Of a stretch of DNA of 64,000 nt, positions 1-14,128 are shown piece after piece. A program made the position numbers and the translations under genes. Position 1 is the stretch's first letter, and every line of letters begins with the position of its first letter. The stretch comes from Bigelowiella natans CCMP2755. Lineage: Eukaryota > Protista > Cercozoa. Location of the stretch: positions 62,001-126,000 of the forward strand of contig ADNK01002618.1 of the NCBI GenBank assembly GCA_000320545.1, written 5' to 3'. The notes under the pieces were generated by a model, which was not told the origin of the DNA, did not search any database, and worked only from the letters and a program-made list of their open reading frames with translations.

Positions 1-266
1 AAGAGGAATAACTCATAATTGCCAACCTCAAAAATGTTGATAAAAATTATGCTTGCAATCCCCGTGATTATGATGAACGACGCGAAACCAACATATCTGA
101 AAATATTTTCTTTGTCAAATTATCAAGAAAGGTAAAATTCTAGAAGGATTCAGTGGCTTGATGCTTACATCCACGCCTGTATTTTTTGAGTTTTCTCTCC
201 GAATCCTTGGGAGATTCTAGAAGATTTTCGAAAGGTCCTACATAATCAAATTTGTTCGTAACAAAT

Positions 267-1249
267 TCATATAAAATAAAACGAAGAGTTGTACGTATGG
301 AGAGTAAATGCGATGTAAACAGCTGGAACAGTTAAGGTGACCTTAGAAGCATTATAAACATTCGTCAAGGAACACAACCAAGTGGAACACAGTGACATGG
401 AAACGGTACCACGAAAGAGTTGAAAATAACAACAAATGTTCTCCATCCGTACAGTTGTCCATGGAAATCCATAAAGAATCCAATGAAAAGAAGACTGTAA
501 TAGAAATGAAATCAGAGAAAACCAAGTTCTTATTGTGCGCACTGTTCTTAGATCAACAATATCATACGCGTTCAAGAGCTCAGCATAATGGAGGTTCTTT
601 TTTGGCTTGGCCTTTGTTGGGCTCGAGATCTGCAAGATTGCATACACAGCCTGCACAAAGGCTATCGCGAGCTTCACGCCATCCGTAAAGAACCATATCG
701 GATCCGTATCATTCATTGTGGCCAATTTTGCATAAACCCCGCGAATGAGGGCAAGACCAATGGAGGATGTATGGTTGCCTGTTCTGTGATGCAAAAGTTC
801 TTTTTCAGTTATTTCAAATTCATCACAACGCCCATAATCGCTCGGGTGCGACTTAGTCTCTTCCTTGTCGTAAAGTTCTTCATGAAAGCTGTTGAGCTCG
901 ACTATGTTGGCAAATTCGAGTGGGTGTTCAGAGGTGTGCTACATGCAATATGCATGTGTCGTAGATCCAGAACAAACGACAATTCCGATAAACTCACCCT
1001 AAGCGGTGTCTGTTTTTCAAATTTGAGAGCTTTTCCCGCATTTTTCTGCCACTTGAGAGTTCATTCAAGCAAGTTCGCCTTTCCTAATTCTGAGATTTGC
1101 GATTGAGATTCTGATTCCCGGCCATTTGCCGAGAAAGAAAGTCTGGAGCAGCACAATCTTACAACGGACAACGTCGGGCGATTCGAGCCTAACCTGCTCA
1201 TTGAAGAGGGCATCAGAGACGGAGTCGACTGCAATAATTCGGTCAGCAT
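267..1249 (-). CDS. Hypothetical, probably membrane, protein; multi-exon; 5' structure unresolved, may run off the window start
   Basis: ORF 267-794 extends upstream in frame (HTSEHPLEFANIVELNSFHEELYDKEE...) to a TAG acceptor near 938, with a GTGAGT donor near 997. It has hydrophobic segments and no recognisable domain. Confidence 0.4.
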
Positions 1250-1498
1250 TTCTTGTGAAACAGCTCTGTGCGTTCGAATTTTGTGCTGCTCACAGCGCGC
1301 GTAAAAAAGTCTACTACTTAATGCCCTGAAGGAAGCAAAAATTACATTTGAGCCAGCTTCAAAGCGTGTTATTTTTTACTGCGAGCCTCGAAAAATCGAG
1401 GAACTCGCCGCTCCAACATAAATGTCATTACTATTGTGCACAAATGGCCAAGCATTTTCACTTTTTATTGGTTTAGCTGAGGGCAAATTCCAAACACA

Positions 1499-3073
1499 AT
1501 GGAGTCATCCCCAAGTTATGACCTGGCCTGGGTTGTATCTGGTTCGAATTTGTCTGTGCCCTTTGTGTGAATTATCCTGATGGAATTCTTTATGCAGACA
1601 CTTTGAAGCTTATCGTCATAACTGGTGAAATAGCATATGGAATCTCCAACCTTGACATAAGTGGAGCAAAAGACGTTGTTAATAGGTGTTGAATCTTTGA
1701 GCTTTGAGGCAATGCAATGACACAATTAAAAAATGATACTAAACAATCAGACTTTCTCTGGCAGGAAACTTTGCATTCTTCATTTATGTACTGGTATTAA
1801 TTAAAAATAATTCTCATGTTCTGAACCTTTTAATAATTGATCATTCTAATGTTAACATCGAAGGGACTTCACGAACCTGTTTATTACGGATATCAAGCTG
1901 TCGTTGTTCTCTCAACTACTACATATGTAAGAATACTTGCCAATTTTTCAGTCCTAACCAACATTAATTTTAAAGATCTTTTCATTTTGTAAATTTTGCC
2001 CTCAGATAATTGGATGTCTTACTGCTCACTGTAAGTCCCAAATCAAATATTTTGAGTTTAGCTATAATCTGAACTACCTTAATCTTTGTGTCCATCCAGA
2101 TATAGTATACGTCCTAACCCGCGCAAACTACATGACGGTGAAAATATTGTTCCAGCTTCCAGGATGGCATGCAAAGCTTCATTTAGCTCTTGCGGGATTT
2201 TTTGCTCTCATTATGATAAGCAGTGTAGTGCTGGTTCTTATTACGGACTTGAATTTCTTTTTGTTCCTTCGTTTCTTAGCTCTAATATTTGCTGGCTGGG
2301 TGTTTACCTATCTGGGTATTCATTCTTCACTATGCTTGAAAAGAGAACTCTATGTATCTTTAGTCTCAAAGTATGGGACTACCAAAACAGCATCAGCTCA
2401 GCAACAGAAGAAGAGCAAAAATAACCATGAGGAAAGTTTTTCACGCATGTCAATGACAAACCAGAAAAAGAAAACAACATCCTCCAATGATTCTCAAAAG
2501 AAGAAGGAGCAAGAGTTGCTTAATGCCATCTCTCAATTGAACAAGATTATGTGTGGATTCTCTGTGTTTTGCGTTGTTGCAACATTAATCCTTGCCTTTG
2601 TAAGCGCCAATCAATTTAGTCGAAGGAGTTTTAGTGAGAATGTAGATGACCTATCTCAGAACTACAACTTAATCAGTGATATAAATCTCTGGGTATCACT
2701 TGCGACTTTGATGGCATTTTTATATTATTCCCGAGCGGTGGATTCTGGGACCAGGAGATTCTCTTTTTGCGGAATTGTTTGTTGTACCTGGCACGATTCA
2801 CCCACAGTAACTTCAATGAAGGTTGAATCTGCAGGGACACAATTTCGCACAAATAAAGATGTTGCCGTAGATTTGAAGTGCGATGGTAATGCAAGATACT
2901 CTGGACTATCACTTCGTCGGAACGTAGAAGATGGTCAAGAACTATCCACAATGCAGCATTCAGTCAGTCCCTCATCAGCGGTTCGTACAGGGAAAGGGAT
3001 GCCAACCGTCACGAAACTTCTCGAGAGTGGTAACGTGCGCGCCAGTTCCCCACCGCCAGTGATGGAAAGTTAA
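1499..3073 (+). CDS. Multi-pass membrane protein (7TM-like), several short 5' exons plus a long last exon
   Basis: ORF 2132-3073 has 4 hydrophobic helices and a Ser-rich tail. Upstream GT-AG-bounded mini-exons (DTLKLIVITGEIAYG, GLHEPVYYGYQAVVVLSTTTY, IIGCLTAH) link back to an ATG at 1499. Confidence 0.55.
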
Positions 3074-3561
3074 ATTGAAAAGATACCGACGAAAAACTCC
3101 TAAGAAGCTGCTACATTTTTTCCGAGATCAATTTGAATTTTCGATTTTTTGGCAATTTGCAGATGTCATTTAAATTAATACCACCACGTTGTTTCAATTA
3201 ACGAAATCGGTTTGTTATCATTGATCCATCATTTGCCACTGCATGTTGGCTGGTCTGTCATGTAGCTTCGTGTTCGAATGAGCAGACCACAATGGATTAC
3301 AAGATGTCTGAATTGCAACGTCGGACACATGCTGACACACACACCTGATGCGTGTCCATTGGCAAAGGTGGTCTATTGGTGTTTGTGTGATTTGTTGCAC
3401 TTAAATGCATTGCAATCACGCGTGTGCTGGCGTCTAACCACGTGCTAGCCCCAGGCTAGCAGGGTTCAGCATTGAGATGACCAACTCGCACGGCTTCATC
3501 ATCCGCATGTTGCATGCAATGAAGCATCACCACATCTAGACATCTCTAGATCTAGATGTTA

Positions 3562-3601
<40 letters not shown>

Positions 3602-4409
3602 CCTCATGCTGCACGCAAACAGCGCGTGCACGCACACTGCTGTGTGTTTTGGGGCTTTGCGAAAAGGCTCCCACCGCGCGTGATTCAGTGATCTAGTGAT
3701 GGCTGTGTTTCATGTGTGTGAAGTTCGATCACACACCGCACACGTGATGCATGCAACGATCTGCCCTCCTCATCACGCGTGCACAGGTCTGGAGACACCT
3801 GGACACCTGACGTGATGCACTGGCAGCAGTGTGTCAGTCAAAAAACAAGCATCGCGGTGATTGCATGCACATCAGCACTTCGAAATCAAAACAGACTGAA
3901 AAAGCATGCAAGCACCACGACTGCTGCGACAGTCATGTGTGTCACTTGTGGTGTGGAAGCCTCTGAAACGTGTTGAAAGTTTGTTTCCCATGCTGCGCTG
4001 CAATGGTCTAGCAGTGCAATGCGTGCAAAGCACGCTTGAGAAAACAGCACGTGGCACAAGCCAGCAAGTGATGAGTGTGAGAGTGTCGTGTTTTCTCCTG
4101 GAACTCGTGCACGGTCTTCTCACGTGTCTAGCTCCAACGTCTCCAACATCTGCGCCTTGACGCAGCTTGCGTTGAACGTGTCCGCGTGGGGTTCACCCGT
4201 GTTGCACGCTTTGTTCCTCCCTCCCCGCTGGAAGCGCCTGATTCCAACTCGGGCACGGCGCACGGGTGGGCAGTTTCGAATCGAAATGTTCGATGAATTC
4301 TGATTCGCACTAGCACAGTGCACATTGATCCCAAGAATTCGAGCATTCGAGAAAGAAAGAAAGAAACTTGATGATCGACTGCACTTCCAACGTGTTGTGT
4401 GACACTTGC
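3562..4409. other. TpA-erased intergenic island (core)
   Basis: 848 bp with 4 TpA, all in CTAG (3693, 4008, 4128, 4310). CpG is retained. Manual count. Confidence 0.85.
3564..3600. repeat. (TG)n microsatellite
   Basis: About 18 perfect TG units. Confidence 0.95.
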
Positions 4410-4698
4410 TAAGTGCGAAACGCAAATGGAAGCAAAACCAGAGGCATTTGAGGCATGGTTCACTTTTGCTCTCGTGTTTCTGTTTTTATGTACATTTTCT
4501 CTTGCAGATGTTCAGCATGATTGTTGTCCCACCGACATGAAATCTGGTAAATCTGTGAAAGATTGTTGCACGGCAGCGTCATGATGTATTTGTTGAAATT
4601 TTAGATATATCTTCGGCTGAAAATTTCCTATCGGATTGACGTTTTAGCACCACTCCTTATATCGTCGCTGGAGAGCAGGCTACGAGGACATCGGGAAA

Positions 4699-5870
4699 AT
4701 GGAGTTAGCAAGGCGGACGTTCGTGACTGGACAGCCCGGGTGTGGAAAAACGACTCTAGTGATGGCCATTGCTCGTGCACTTATAGATGCTGGAGTTCGA
4801 TGTCGAGGATTTTACACTGAAGAGTGCCTTCAGGTCTCCCATCGGTTCACACCACAGAGATATCCCAGCTTCTATTCTGTTGAAATGTACGATTTTTAAA
4901 CAGGGAGGAAGAAGAATAGGATTCGATGTAGTCACCATTCCTGAAGGATTTCGGGCTCCTCTCGCGCGAAAAGGAGGACCTCGCGGTTGGCCAAAGGTTG
5001 TGGGAAACGTGTGTGTCACTGTACGTATGCGTGCACATCTGAAGTATGCTTTGCCTTTTTGTCCATTAAAAAGGTTGGAGCGTACTCTGTCGACCTGAAA
5101 TCTTTCGAGAAATTGGCGCTTCCAACTCTAAACCCCGATTCGGAACATCTCCGAGATGTCGATGTTATAATTTGCGACGAAATCGGCCGAATGGAGCTTA
5201 AGTCTGCAAAGTTTGCAAAGGAAATGAAAGCACTACTGGCTCGCGATGAAGTCCATATCTTCGGAGCCATGACAGCACCTAGGTAGAGATTATGACAATT
5301 AGACGTGAGTGAAAGAAGTTTCGATGATAATTCAGCTTTGTACCTGAAATCAAAACCATGTCCAACGAGTCGTTCATCCGCTCAAGCGTTGATATCTGTG
5401 CATCAACTTTGCTCAATCCTAGATTTTGCGTCTTCATTTAAATCATTCTTCGCATATCCAACTTACTGTTTGTATATGTCGAAAATTCTAGGTATGGCCA
5501 TCGAGTTCCGTATTGCGACGAAGTAGCCGATCTGAAAGAAGTTGCGGTTCACAACATCAAAAAGTCGAATCGGGACGATGTTCGGGAAGCATTAATGAGC
5601 CTCATTCTAGACCGGTTTGTCCAAAAAAATCCCAGAGACAAAATTGCAAAAGTAAAGGGGAAACATAGCGAATCTTGCAAGACTCAGTCGAAAGCATCAA
5701 AAGTTGTGGATTCGGATTTGCTGGCTCCCGTTGAATCAAAAACCGGTGCCAAGCACACAAAAGAAAGGATGAAAAAAAGACGCAGGAGGGTCGCTTTACC
5801 TATACCGCAAGACAGAACAAGAACGCATGGTCGTAGGGATACCACGACCGGTGCTGGAGAATGGCAATGA
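4699..5870 (+). CDS. NTPCR: Cancer-related NTPase / THEP1-family nucleoside triphosphatase, 4 exons
   Basis: Walker A FVTGQPGCGKTTL, GFYTEE, RIGFDVVT, VGAYSVD and Walker B IICDEIGRMEL. GT-AG introns at about 4834-4903, 4998-5073 and 5283-5491. Basic C-terminal tail. Confidence 0.92.
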
Positions 5871-6563
5871 CACATGATGGTTTAATGTAGCTAGCAGTAA
5901 ATGACTAGCCAGCGTATGTAATGAATCGTACTTGTGAGACGGATGTAATGAAGTCTATGCTATTAGAAGTGATTAAATCTTCACTACACCCGTCTCACAA
6001 GTACGAATACGCGTCACTCATCATCACTGCTGCTGTGCAATGTAGGCTTGCTCATGTGCTATGTGCTACACACGTGCGTACAGGTAGCACTTGCAGCATC
6101 GCAGATGGCACAATGTGGCTATATGGCAAACATCGCTGCCGACATGCTACGCATAGCACATGCAACGCATTCTGCATTCGCATCGGACAATACAGTAGGA
6201 ACCACATCGTGAACAATTCACTGAATAACCAATACCATGACGTATAACATAGCTATGCATACAACATCATGATAGATCCGTTGCCTCGTTCCTCACGCAT
6301 AAATTTACATATCCAGTAACATTGTATAGATGACGCAACATGCAAATATGATGCGACAAGAAAGGCCGTGCGATTTGAGGGGAAAAACGAAGATTGGCTA
6401 TTGTGGTGCCAAAGCCCACCATTCGTAACTGTCTATTCTTTGGTTTTCTTTCACTCCTGTCCTTGTTTCTTTTAATCCTACTGGAAACAAATTACTCTCC
6501 AAACTTTAAAGGACCGTCGACTTCACGAACATTTGGTTGCAACTCCACTTTGTTCTTCTTCTA

Positions 6564-7275
6564 TCAAGCTTCATTTTCTTGGCCCTCCTTCTCTTGATTG
6601 AACTTTATGACCACACTGAGATTGTATCAAAAAGAATTAATGCTCCGTCATCAGTAATATAATAAAAGACGGTCAGAATAGATCGGTAGCAAGAAAGTGT
6701 GGTTCCGTCTCACGGTGATAGATTTAATGTACGCATGCATCCATGGTGATATTTCCAGCAATTTCCAATAGCATAATAGGCACTGCCCACCATGTTATAT
6801 CGTCGATGACATCCTCTTCTTGTCTCCATTTCTCATTCGCTCTCTTAGCGAGCTCTATGGCACAACGAGGGATATCATCCAGATGCTTTCCAACAAGGTC
6901 AACCACTTCTTGATTTTCCATGAACTCCCACACCCCTTTGGAATGATACATTAGCAGTCAGAAAATACGACGAGAATTACAACATCTTACGAACAGTGAA
7001 ATTTTTCAGAGAATACAGTTAAGCCGCCCCATTGTTCTATTAGTCTAGGAATTGTATAAATGCTTACCGTCTGAGGCTAGGACGATGAATTCATCATCAG
7101 ATGTCATATCGTGAGTCTTAATTTCTGGAACGGAGATGACTCCTACTCGTTGACTTATCTTATCCCCAATGGAACGCGACATGGCGAGCCCGGGAACATC
7201 AACATTCCGTAACCAGACACGGTGAGGCCCACAGTCCTCGCCAGGCATTCCTGACGATACAATATGATATTATAT

Positions 7276-7323
<48 letters not shown>

Positions 7324-8076
7324 CCAGGAGGACCAGTATTGACCCTGAAACAAGAACAAGTTTAAGGAAAAGCATGCACCTGGTAAGGGCTCGACGCGTC
7401 CTCCATTTTGAATTATACGTTTCTTTTCTTCTGGATTGTCGGGTTTCTGATCCTCAGACAGTGCAATGGCCTCGTATTTACTATCCCCGACCTTGCGACC
7501 CAGAGCACATCGCGAGTCTCCAATATTAGCCACGTAGAGTTTCTTCCCTAGTTTTATGCAATAAATTGCAGTGGTGCCGCTGAATGTAGTGTTGATATTC
7601 ATTCTGTCAAGTTCCTGCACCATCGAGGCTGTAGCCTCGAGTATAGCCTTCTGAGGATTCTTTGTAACCTCGGAGTGTGCACTAAGATGCTTGGGAAGCG
7701 AGCTCTTGACGAATGAAGAGACATGGTGTCCATGTTCACCGTGTCCGTCAAACACACCGAACAGAGCTGCCTCTGAATTGCCGCCAACATTGAACCTTAT
7801 AACGAATCTGTCCTGATTTACTTTGTCAGGATTGTAGGGGACGAGTCCTTTATTGCTTCGTGCCCCACACTGCATAGTACCCATGCTCTTTCTCTCATCA
7901 TCCGTCAATTTCTTCTCCATTTCAATGTAATCAAGATCGGGCGCTAATGATTGTTGTTTTCCAGTGTTCACATGCTGTGGGGCTACGGAGAGACGTCTCC
8001 TCTGCATTTTGGCTTCCTTTGTGGGAGGAGATACTCCACCTTCACCAGGTTCATCTGTCGACGAGCAGACCCCCAT
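6564..8076 (-). CDS. Protein phosphatase 2C (PPM family), 4 exons, N-terminal MGVC acylation motif
   Basis: Motifs NQD, FGVFDGHG, SGTT, VANIGDSR, GLAMSRSIGD, VLASDG-VWE and DDIT. Last exon VVIKFNQEKEGQENEA*. Confidence 0.95.
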
Positions 8077-9281
8077 GGAAAAAAACTAATTTATTCCCTG
8101 AGCTCCTCCGCGCTGCTAGATTCAAAAAGAGCGAGAGAATGATTCCCAAGTTTTGGGACAATCTGTGTGGCGAACAATACGACAGGAAGAGATGTTATAC
8201 GAGTTCCGTTTTGTATGTATGGTCGCAATGAATGAAGATTGCTATTTAATCGTAATACGTCCGTCTCCGCTGATTTACCTTAGGGGTGGGGAGGCGGTAT
8301 AGCTCAGGTACGAACGAGTCTTTATCTCTTTTCAGATCTTTCAGATATACAGCTGAGGAAAAACAACGATATTTAATTTAGCTGCGACATAATCATTTTG
8401 ATGTCGCTTATATAATAAAAAAGATATCTCCGCATTCCGAGTGTCCGAAAAAAAAACCCAAAGCCGAGTTCAGGGAGAAGATTTGCAGTAGGCGAAAATC
8501 ACTATTTTTCATACATTTCTTACTTCGTCATATTTTATCGGGGCTTTCCAAAGAGCCTTAATGATCCTCAATGTGACCTTATATCCACAAATACTATCCA
8601 AACATAATGCTTTATCAGAAAACTACTTTTGGTAATGGGAGGAATTAGATCGAAAATAGTACCTACGACATTCGCCAAAAATGCCTGACTCCAACGCCCT
8701 TCTGCCCATCAAAAAATCTTCTCGGCAAATTATTTCCATTCGATCTCTGTGCGAAGTTATGTCGTACACGCCATTCGTACGAATGTGTGCGAAAAAACCC
8801 TGTGTTCGATATTCGAGACATCGAAATTTAACAAGTACGGGTAGAACACAGGCGAACTTGCAGAGCGCAAACAAATTCTATTTTTTGACCTTTTGCAACA
8901 TAAATTCCGACTACATCTAGACGTATATTAAAATGGCACTTGTTTTTGGAGAGAACAAACTTTCGTTAAGCAATGAAAATGTCCAATATTTTTTCCCATG
9001 CGTCAAGCATGATGTCACGCTTTTCAGAATCATTGCATCCCATTAGGACAGTCACAAATAGTCCCTATTTTGATTAGAAATTAATCCTATTATGTTGTCG
9101 TATATGATAAAATTCCATCATTTAGCTATTTGTGTTTCAAGTGGTCAACAGGGTGAATCCCCCCCTTCTTGAATAGTCAGTTTAGGGTAGGGAAACTGGC
9201 TTAGAGAAGGTTTTTACGATGAGCTCCGACAGGCAAATAGGGAGTGTAGGTGGTGGTGGTGGGGGAAAGTCTACGCAGGCG

Positions 9282-10945
9282 ATGGCGGCGATCTTGCCGC
9301 ATCATATTAAAAAAAATCTTGCGGACAGAAGCTATGAGAAAAGGAAAACCGCAGGTTGAAACACGCTTTAACTTTTGGTCTCTGTCTTGGAAGTGTTTCT
9401 TCATTTTTTTAAAGTTATGGACGTGATTAGATGATCGTGTCGTGAAATTGATTTTCACCAACCAGCAGAGAAACACATACACTTACGCACAGTTGCCTTT
9501 GCTTGCGCATGTATACATGAATATGTTACATCCGAAGGCGGCGCAGTATCATATAGATATGGGCACAACTTCTCTACATATTGAATCACGTAAATAATAA
9601 TATTAACTTTGTAGCCCTGGAAGTGGAACGGATCGTGAAGGAGTACAACTCGAACGACAAGAAGGACTCGGAGAAGATTAACGTGATTATCAATGTTCTT
9701 GTGAATGAATACGCCTACTCCACACAAGCCAATAGTCGTAAGGGTGGCCTAATTGGTCTTGCTGCCACCGCCATTGCCCTCATGGATGACATCGGAGGCT
9801 ACCTGAATCTCCTCCTTCCTCCCGTTCTCAAGTGCTTTGAGGACCAGCAGAGCCGTGTGCGCTACTACGCTTGCGAGGCACTGTACGTACCAACACAATG
9901 ATGTTCTTGTTATTTTGGGTTGCCGACAGCAACATGGGGGGTGTAGAGGATAGAAGGTGTTGGGAAGCGATTGAAGGTGGTGATAATACGCAGGGTGGTG
10001 TGGACAATTGTACTCCCCCCACATCATACTACCTCTGCTCTTAGGTACAATATCACCAAAGTTGCTCGTGGGTCGGTGCTGGTGTTCTTCAACGAAATCT
10101 TCGATGGGCTTTGCAAGCTGTTCATGGACTTGGATATGGATGTGAAGAACGGGTATAACAAACACAAGTCCTTGTGAGTGTGTGTTTGTTTGTGCGTGTG
10201 TCTCTGAACTCGTTTGTCATCCTTTTTCTTTCATATAATATAGTAGAAACATAGCAAACATATGCACTTACCCCAATGCTCTGCTTCCCTCCCCCCCCTT
10301 TCTCTTCGCAGTGCGCAACTGTTGGACAGGCTGACAAAGGACGTCGTCGCCGAGACCGAGTCATTTGACGTTGAGAAGTTTATTCCGCTCTTGCGCGAGC
10401 GAATTCGCGTCAAGGATCCATTCATTAGGCAGCTTATCGTCGGCTGGATAACGGTGCTTGATTCCGTCCCTGATATAGATATTCTCATATACCTTCCCGA
10501 ATTTCTGGGAGGGTTGTTCGAAATGCTCAGCGACGTTAACAAGGTACCGTCCGTATTCCAAATATACCACTTTGCGTGCGTGCGTGCGTACGCGTGCGCG
10601 CGCGCGTGCATGTTTTGGGGGCGTCTGTGTCGGTTTGCGAAGATACTATCATTCACATCCAACGCATATGCAGTAAGAATTCCCTGGTAAAGGTACACGA
10701 TGCACCATACGCGAGAAGCGCAGTCCTCATCGTCGTTATTTGTTTTCTTGCTGCTGCATTCGATGATCTCTATATATTAGGATATTCGCCAACAGGCCTA
10801 CTCAGCCCTCCAGGAGTTCCTTCACGAGATCAAAGACAACGTGAAGCTTGATCTTGGCCCCATGGTGGGCATTCTCGTCAAGCAGTGCGAGATGAAAGAC
10901 CAGTAATAACAAAAGAAAAATAAGAGTAGCATGTAGCGTTGTGGA

Positions 10946-10990
<45 letters not shown>

Positions 10991-13017
10991 GTGACTAGCA
11001 TATGGTGATGATGATGATGACAATGATGATAATGATGATGAAGACTATGTCTTTCGACGCCGCTCTCGTTCATGCCGCCCCCTGCCCATGATCACCCTCC
11101 GCCTTCTTCTTCTACCCACTCCTTTTAGATTCACTCGGCTCACGGCTTTATGCTGGATCTATGAGTTTATAGAGCTGGGAAAGATAAAGTTACTTCCGTT
11201 CTTAGCTGATATGCTCGGGGTTGTACTTCTCTGCATCTCAGATGAGGAGGAAGAAATACGGTATTATTATTATTATAGTAGTAGTAAGTAGTATTAGTAG
11301 TAGTGGTAGTAGTAGTAAACACGTAATACAGCATAAACAAGATATCCACCATCGCATCCTGGGACACGAAGCTTCGAGCTGGGTTGTTGCTGTAGCACGA
11401 GAGTGAATGAATGAAACAAACGCCTTCGCTAGTACGCTTGGTGAGCTACGAAGCCTGTCATTGTCAGTCAGGAGGGGTGGTGACGATAGTGGTGTTTGCA
11501 ACCGATGTCTTCATTCAACCGGGGTCCAAATGCCTACCTCTCCAGGTTAAAAGCTAACGTGACTAATAAACGATTGCTAAAGCTCGTGGAATCCACCCAG
11601 GAAAAGTTTGCTATTAAGGTGACGACGACGACGATGAGAAGTGGCGGTGGAGACGATAATTACGATGAAGATGAGGAAGAGGGGGAGGATATTAAATGTT
11701 TATGATAATGATGATGTATTCACATGAGGTTTCATTGTTATGTTGTGTTATAGGCTCTCCTTAACAAAATCACGACCCACCTCGTCAACAAGTAAGAGAG
11801 GGGTAGAGGAAGGAGGGGGCGGGGTGTTCTAGCAATGGCACTATTATAGCTACAAAGCGTAAATGCGGTTATTGCATTCTGTCTGTCGAGAATTTTTGAA
11901 GTAGATTACACTATCATCTCTCTCTCTTCCCTCTTTTCTCTCTCTCTTTCTCTCTTTCTCTCATCATCCTCGCTATCATCATCGTCATCATCGTCACCAT
12001 CAAATAGGTACGTGCCAACCCGTCTGGCCTCTCTTCAGTGGATCTCCATGATGTTAGCGAAGAAGCCTGATACGATGTAAGCTGTTACCAATAGTTGTGG
12101 TCGTAGTAGTAGTAGTAGTAGTAGTAGTAGTATTTGATGTTGTTGTTGTTGTAGTAGTAGTAGTAAAAGAAGACGTAGTTATCAGTTGTCGTTCGCCTTG
12201 TTCAAATAAGAAGCACTGGCGGGGGGGGGGGGGGGGGGCCAGAAGTTCCTCGACAAATCTTGTTCGCACAAGAAGTCTCTAGATTGCTAGTCGGAGTATG
12301 GTTGTCATCATCATCATCATCATCATCATCATCGTCGTCATCGTCATCATCATCGTCATCATCATCGGTGCCATCACCGTCAGGTTCAAGCACTTGCCAA
12401 AGCTGTTCCCGTCGCTGCTAGATACGCTCTCCGACCCCGACGACAAGGTGGTGCGGCTGGACCTCAAGGTCCTGGCGCGCATCTGCGTGAATAAAGAGCA
12501 CTTCGACGTCGTGCTCAACAACCTGGTCAACCGGTTCAAGTGCGACCGAAAGCTGCTCGAGACGCGCGGCAGCCTCATCGTGCGTCAGCTGAGCGTGCTC
12601 CTAGACGGCGAGAGCATCTACCGCGCCTTCGCCTCCATCCTGCTCAAGGAGGTGGACCTCGAGTTTGCCAGTCTGATGGTGCAGACCCTCAACCTGATAT
12701 TGCTTACGTCCTCCGAGCTGTTTGAGCTGAGGGGGCTCCTCAAGAGAAGCCTCACCTCCAAGCAGAGCTCCGAGCTGTTCATCCAGATCTACCAGGCGTG
12801 GGCGCACAACGCCGTGTCGACATTCTCTCTGTGCCTTTTGGCGAGGGTCTACGAGCTGGCGAGTGCGTTGGTGACGCACATGGCGGAGACGGAGGTCACA
12901 GTCGGATTCCTCATGCAGGTAGTTAGTGCGAGGAAGAGGAGGAGGAGGAGGAGGAGGAGGAGTGGGGCGATGTAATAGTGTGTGCTTCGTACTGTACTCT
13001 GGATATACAGATTGACA

Positions 13018-13057
<40 letters not shown>

Positions 13058-13246
13058 TATACACTATACATGTTGTAAATTGATCCGTCGTTTACTACAA
13101 CTGCTACTGCTGCTGCTACTACTACTACTACTACTACTGTTTAGGTTGACAAGTTGGTGCAATTGATTGAGTCCCCTATATTCATCCAACTACGCCTGCA
13201 GCTGCTAGAGCCTCGACGGTACTGCGACCAATAATCAGTCAACGTG

Positions 13247-13280
<34 letters not shown>

Positions 13281-13293
13281 ATAGACGACAAAA

Positions 13294-13326
<33 letters not shown>

Positions 13327-13678
13327 CTACGTTTAAGTGTAGTATTAGCTAGCCTTCTTTCCGTCTTGCCCCCCCCCCCCCTCCTATATCACACTATCAT
13401 CGTCATCATCGCCACCATCACCACTACCACCGTGCACTAAACTTCGTCATCCTGTGCGTGGTAGGTACCCCTTCTTGCTAAAGAGCTTGTACGGATTGCT
13501 CATGCTGCTGCCTCAGAGCTCCGCATTTGCGTGCCTAAAGAACCGACTGGACAGTATCTCAACACTGGGTAAGTAAGTAAGTAAGTAAGCAGATCGACGA
13601 TGGTTTGGATCATGCATTCTCTCTTTCATTACTCATGCCGAATTGGACGTGAAATGTAACCCTATGATATTAATATAT

Positions 13679-13728
<50 letters not shown>

Positions 13729-14128
13729 ACCCACAGTGCTCGTTGCTTCCGTCGTTGGTGTCGTTATCATCGTTTGATATGATATTGATATGATTCGTTA
13801 ATAACACCCGAAAGGAATCTTGACGGCTGACCAAGCTAGCTCCAGCCTCCTCGCCCTAGGGGGGAGCAGTAGTAGTTCCAACACCAATAAAGGGGGTGGG
13901 GGGGAAGAGAAAAGAGGGGGCAGTAGTGGTCCAAGTAGCAAGCCTACCAGCAGCGTAACTGATCATCTGGACATGAAGTCCCTTTTATATCAATTCCGCG
14001 AGATGCAACTTAAGCATAGTGAGAGGCGAAAACATATCTTCAAGCAGCATAGTCTTAGAAGGCGACAAAAGGACGACAGAAAGAAGTACGGAGGAGGAGG
14101 AAGCGTGAAGCAGCGAATCGAAGCGTAA
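9282..14128 (+). CDS. VAC14: VAC14, scaffold of the PIKfyve/Fab1-FIG4 complex, about 13 exons
   Basis: [97 protein letters not shown] and [14 protein letters not shown] match the VAC14 HEAT-repeat and FIG4-binding regions. Confidence 0.96.

Noticed and set aside
1061-1063. In-frame TGA between two open stretches of the first minus-strand gene (selenocysteine or readthrough?)
   Set aside because: No redox motif or SECIS evidence. An unresolved intron or alternative start is simpler.
3562-4409. 5mCpG deamination or classical fungal RIP as the cause of CA/TG excess
   Set aside because: CpG is abundant and TpA is lost. Both processes would preserve or increase TpA.
8293-8340. GCGGTATAGCTCAGG resembles a tRNA 5' end
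   Set aside because: No anticodon arm, T-loop (GTTCRA) or acceptor-stem complement follows.
9181-9192. TTTAGGGTAGGG telomere-like sequence
   Set aside because: Only two degenerate units, within a promoter region.
12054-12393. Poly-V/T/D/I ORFs and similar YIYI/ERER/THTH ORFs throughout
   Set aside because: These are translations of intronic microsatellites.
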